Shown here: piece by piece, positions 57,631-60,541 of the stretch
How the letters are laid out: every line of letters starts with the position of its first letter
How positions within the stretch are numbered: position 1 is the first letter of the stretch
From: Salinivirgaceae bacterium
GTDB taxonomy: Bacteria > Bacteroidota > Bacteroidia > Bacteroidales > SZUA-534
DNA: 60,541 nucleotides
Assembly (NCBI GenBank): GCA_024405635.1
Contig: JAKSOL010000018.1
Coordinates: 1 to 60,541 of the forward strand
Direction of reading: 5' to 3'
The notes under the pieces: generated by a model
What the model saw: the letters and a program-made list of their open reading frames with translations, nothing else
Told to the model about the DNA's origin: nothing
Databases searched by the model: none
Position numbers and translations under genes: made by a program

Positions 57631-58371
57631 TTTTTTATTTCTTAGTAGAGGCGACGAGAATAGAAAGTCGTTTAGTTCTGCGTTGTCGGTTTTGGTTAAT
57701 TGGTTGCGCGGGCCGTTCCACCAAAGTTGACCTTGGTATATGAATGCTACTTGGTCCGAAACCTCAAAAATTGAGTTCATGTCGTGAGTATTCATCACTG
57801 TGGTGATGTTGTATTCTTGCGTTATCTCTTTAATAAGTTGGTCAATAACCATTGATGTTTGTGGGTCAAGTCCTGAGTTTGGCTCGTCGCAAAAAAGATA
57901 TTTTGGGTTGAGCACAATGGCGCGCGCTATTGCCACACGTTTTTGCATGCCGCCACTAATTTCGCTTGGAAACAGGTGATTTGTGTTTGGCATATTCACC
58001 CGTTCAAGACAAAAATTGACGCGTTTCAACTTTTCGGCACGCGTTTGAGTGGTGTGAATGTCAAGCGGAAACATTACATTTTCTTCAATGGTGAGTGAGT
58101 CAAATAATGCACAGCCTTGAAATAGCATACCTATTTGTTTTAATAGGTTTTTGCGATCGTTTTTTCTTAAACCAATTAGATTGGTATCGTCGTAAAAAAC
58201 GTTGCCAGAGTCGATAGAGTGCAGGCCAGTTACCGATTTAATAAGCACCGACTTGCCCGAACCACTTTTGCCAATAACAGCATTTATTTGTCCAGCATTG
58301 AATGTTGTGCTGACATTGTTCAAGATTTGTCGGCCATCAAAACTTTTGCAAAGGTGTTCAACTCGTATCAC
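57619..58371 (-). CDS. mlaF: MlaF-type ABC transporter ATP-binding protein
   Basis: GKSGSGKS, LFQGCALFDS, ISGGMQKRVAIARA, CDEPNSGLDP, THDM; GTG start overlaps the mlaE stop. Confidence 0.9.
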   Translation of the reverse strand: MIRVEHLCKSFDGRQILNNVSTTFNAGQINAVIGKSGSGKSVLIKSVTGLHSIDSGNVFYDDTNLIGLRKNDRKNLLKQIGMLFQGCALFDSLTIEENVMFPLDIHTTQTRAEKLKRVNFCLERVNMPNTNHLFPSEISGGMQKRVAIARAIVLNPKYLFCDEPNSGLDPQTSMVIDQLIKEITQEYNITTVMNTHDMNSIFEVSDQVAFIYQGQLWWNGPRNQLTKTDNAELNDFLFSSPLLRNKKGSS

Positions 58372-59111
58372 GATAGTAAAAGTTGGGTTAACATTAAATC
58401 GGCTACAAGAATCAGAATAACCACACTCACAACGGTTTTGGTGCTTGCTTTGCCCACTTCAATTGCTCCGCCTTCAACATAGTAGCCATAATATGCTGAT
58501 ACGGTGGAAATTATGAACGCAAAAAACACCGACTTTATTATTGAATATGTAATGTAGTAAGGCTCAAATGCAAATTGTAGGCCGTTAACATAATCGGTCA
58601 TGGTGGTGTTTGCCGAAAAGGTTATAGACATTGCGCCGCCCAATATTCCAGTAATCATACTTAGCAAAACCAACACAGGCATAAAAGCCATAAAACTTAT
58701 CACTTTGGGTAGCACAAGAAATTGGGCGCTGTTAACTCCCATCATTTCCATTGCGTCAATTTGCTCCGACACGCGCATCGATCCAATTTCAGAAGCAATG
58801 TTTGACCCAACCTTGCCAGCCAAAATGATGCACATAACGGTACTCGACAATTCGAGCAACAATACATCGCGGGTTGAAAGACCAACCAAGTAGCGTGGAA
58901 TAAGTGGGTTGACAATGTTGTACGACATTTGGATGCAAATAACCGCACCAATAAAAAACGACACTATTACAGTGATGGCAACCGAGTTTAGCCCAGTTTT
59001 TTGCAATTCTTTTAAAAATTGCTGGCCCCATAGGCTGTTGCGTTGCGGGCGCTCAAAAACAGTGGCCAAAAATGCCAGATATTTGCCTAGATGTAAGAAA
59101 AAGTTGCGCAT
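58368..59111 (-). CDS. mlaE: MlaE-type ABC transporter permease
   Basis: AGKVGSNIASEIGSMRVSEQIDA, GGAIEVGKAST; start MRNFF at 59111. Confidence 0.92.
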   Translation of the reverse strand: MRNFFLHLGKYLAFLATVFERPQRNSLWGQQFLKELQKTGLNSVAITVIVSFFIGAVICIQMSYNIVNPLIPRYLVGLSTRDVLLLELSSTVMCIILAGKVGSNIASEIGSMRVSEQIDAMEMMGVNSAQFLVLPKVISFMAFMPVLVLLSMITGILGGAMSITFSANTTMTDYVNGLQFAFEPYYITYSIIKSVFFAFIISTVSAYYGYYVEGGAIEVGKASTKTVVSVVILILVADLMLTQLLLS

Positions 59112-59208
59112 TGTGTTATAAAAAACGCGTAAAATTAGAAAAATAGGACAAGGTGTTGTCAATTTTATATTTTTACACTCAATCGAAAACTTAACGAACC
59201 ATTTTATT

Positions 59209-60300
59209 ATGAATAAAGATTTATTCTGCGTGATTATGGCTGGAGGTGCTGGCACACGTTTTTGGCCAGTTAGCCGTTCGTCTTTTCCAAAACAATTTAT
59301 TGATATTCTTGGCGTTGGAAAATCGCTTTTGCAAATAACCTTTGAGCGCTTTGCTCGCATTGTGCCACAAGAAAATATTTTTATTGTAACCAGTAGCGAG
59401 TACAAAGAACTTACACTAAAGCAATTACCTCAAATGAAAGAGGAAAATGTGTTGCTTGAACCAGCGCGCCGCAACACTGCACCTTGCATTGCCTATGCAA
59501 ACTTCCGCATACAGCAAATAAACCCAAATGCAAAAATAGTGGTAGCTCCGTCAGATCACCTAATTCTGAACGACAGCATTTTTATCGACACCATAAACGA
59601 AGGATTTGGATTTGTGGCTGAAAACGACTGCTTGCTAACATTAGGCATTAAGCCAACCCGCCCCGACACTGGTTACGGTTACATTCAGTTCGATAGTTCA
59701 ATTCAGTTTGATGGTTTCCAAAACCTAAGCGGAGTAAAAGCTTTTACCGAAAAACCAAACTACGACCTTGCTAAGTTTTTTGTCGAAAGCGGCGAATTTT
59801 ACTGGAATTCAGGCATTTTCATTTGGTCGTTGCAAAGCATACAGCAATCGTTTAAAGAATTTTTGCCCGATGTTTATAGCTTGTTTAACGACAATGCTGA
59901 CAAATTTGCAACTCCAGACGAGGCTGAAACAATTGCTAAAATTTACCCTGTTTGTGAAAATATAAGCATTGACTATGGCGTGATGGAAAAAGCCAAAAAC
60001 GTGGTTGTACTTGGCGCAAACTTTGGTTGGAGCGACCTAGGAACATGGAATTCGCTATACGAAAATCTTGATAAAGACTGCGATAACAACGTGGTTGATG
60101 GCGAAAACATTCTGCTTTACGACACCAAAAACTCAATAGTAAATGCTCCAAGCGACAAACTAGTGGTAGCAATGGGACTTGACGGCTACATTGTTGTTGA
60201 TACAAAAGATGCCTTGCTGATTTGCAGTAAAAGCGATGAGCAAAAAGTCAGAACCATTGTAAACGACATTAAAACAAAAACAGGCGACAGATTTATTTAA
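59209..60300 (+). CDS. manC: Mannose-1-phosphate guanylyltransferase
   Basis: IMAGGAGTRFWP.SR...PKQF, EPARRNTAP, PSDH, TGYGYI, FTEKP, WNSGIF, WSDLGTW. Confidence 0.94.
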   Translation: MNKDLFCVIMAGGAGTRFWPVSRSSFPKQFIDILGVGKSLLQITFERFARIVPQENIFIVTSSEYKELTLKQLPQMKEENVLLEPARRNTAPCIAYANFRIQQINPNAKIVVAPSDHLILNDSIFIDTINEGFGFVAENDCLLTLGIKPTRPDTGYGYIQFDSSIQFDGFQNLSGVKAFTEKPNYDLAKFFVESGEFYWNSGIFIWSLQSIQQSFKEFLPDVYSLFNDNADKFATPDEAETIAKIYPVCENISIDYGVMEKAKNVVVLGANFGWSDLGTWNSLYENLDKDCDNNVVDGENILLYDTKNSIVNAPSDKLVVAMGLDGYIVVDTKDALLICSKSDEQKVRTIVNDIKTKTGDRFI

Positions 60301-60326
60301 TCTTAACGCAGTTTATTCAGCAAAAT

Positions 60327-60361
60327 AAGGGCTTGAGAGGTTTGCTTCTTAAGCCTTTTTT
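60327..60361 (+). terminator. Intrinsic terminator after manC
   Basis: GGCTTGAGA...TCTTAAGCC followed by TTTTTT. Confidence 0.75.
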
Positions 60362-60370
60362 AGTGTGCAC

Positions 60371-60413
60371 AAAAAACCGCCAACAACCTCTTTTTGCTTG
60401 GTTGTTGGCGGTT
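60371..60413 (-). terminator. Intrinsic terminator for a gene entering from the right
   Basis: AACCGCCAACAACC...GGTTGTTGGCGGTT perfect stem, with an A run on the + strand. Confidence 0.8.
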
Positions 60414-60442
60414 AAAGTTTTATTTAATTACTCATGTACTTG

Positions 60443-60541
60443 CTATTGAACTATTGTCCAAACCTCTCCACATTCAAACTCAATTTTTGATATTCCTACT
60501 CCTTCGGTTATCGTCATTGATTGTACGACAGAGTAAATAGA
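60443..60541 (-). CDS. 3' end of a hypothetical protein truncated by the window edge
   Basis: Open frame ...SMTITEGVGISKIEFECGEVWTIVQ* ending just before a minus-strand terminator. Confidence 0.5.
   Translation of the reverse strand, partial: SIYSVVQSMTITEGVGISKIEFECGEVWTIVQ

Noticed and set aside
54301-57638. Perfect 8-bp ISL3 target-site duplication
   Set aside because: CTTTTTAA versus TTTTTTAT match only 6/8; reported only as an imperfect 7-bp match
59112-59405. N-terminal extension of MlaE to 345 aa
   Set aside because: It overlaps manC on the opposite strand; the family-typical start is at 59111
588-60205. Numerous short antisense or alternate-frame ORFs inside core genes
   Set aside because: Shadow ORFs of well-supported genes with no independent motifs or expression signals

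Overview
A mostly core-genome segment of an AT-rich Bacteroidales-type (Bacteroidota) chromosome, with TAnnTTTG -7 promoter motifs throughout. In order: a 150-bp REP-like tandem repeat, dusB, tRNA(CAT; probably Ile2), exbB-X-exbD-exbD, LEA2 and USP genes, holA plus an AddA/UvrD-type helicase-nuclease, gmd-fcl, wbpP/wbpO-like genes, topA, a degenerate arginase-family gene, the type IX secretion operon porP-porK-porL-porM-porN (gldKLMN), a TPR sensor kinase with a NarL-type regulator, the dcw cluster (mraZ to ftsZ) followed by lpxD, then Lrp, a NimA-like flavin protein, DPP III, dprA, comF, an LD-carboxypeptidase, rplY-pth, mlaF/mlaE and manC. Two features stand out. (1) A hairpin in the rplY 5' leader has an internal loop (GAUGG/AAGUA) that closely resembles loop E of 5S rRNA, the L25 binding site; it is a candidate Bacteroidota L25 autoregulatory leader. 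(2) A 3.3-kb insert between pth and mlaF is bracketed by two directly oriented, transposase-dead ISL3 derivatives (420 bp and 77 bp) and carries an unannotated 39-aa membrane peptide, a LysR regulator and an RCK-less AspT/YidE transporter; the right IS end now supplies the mlaF stop codon. All product calls come from motif recognition by eye; no database searches were run.
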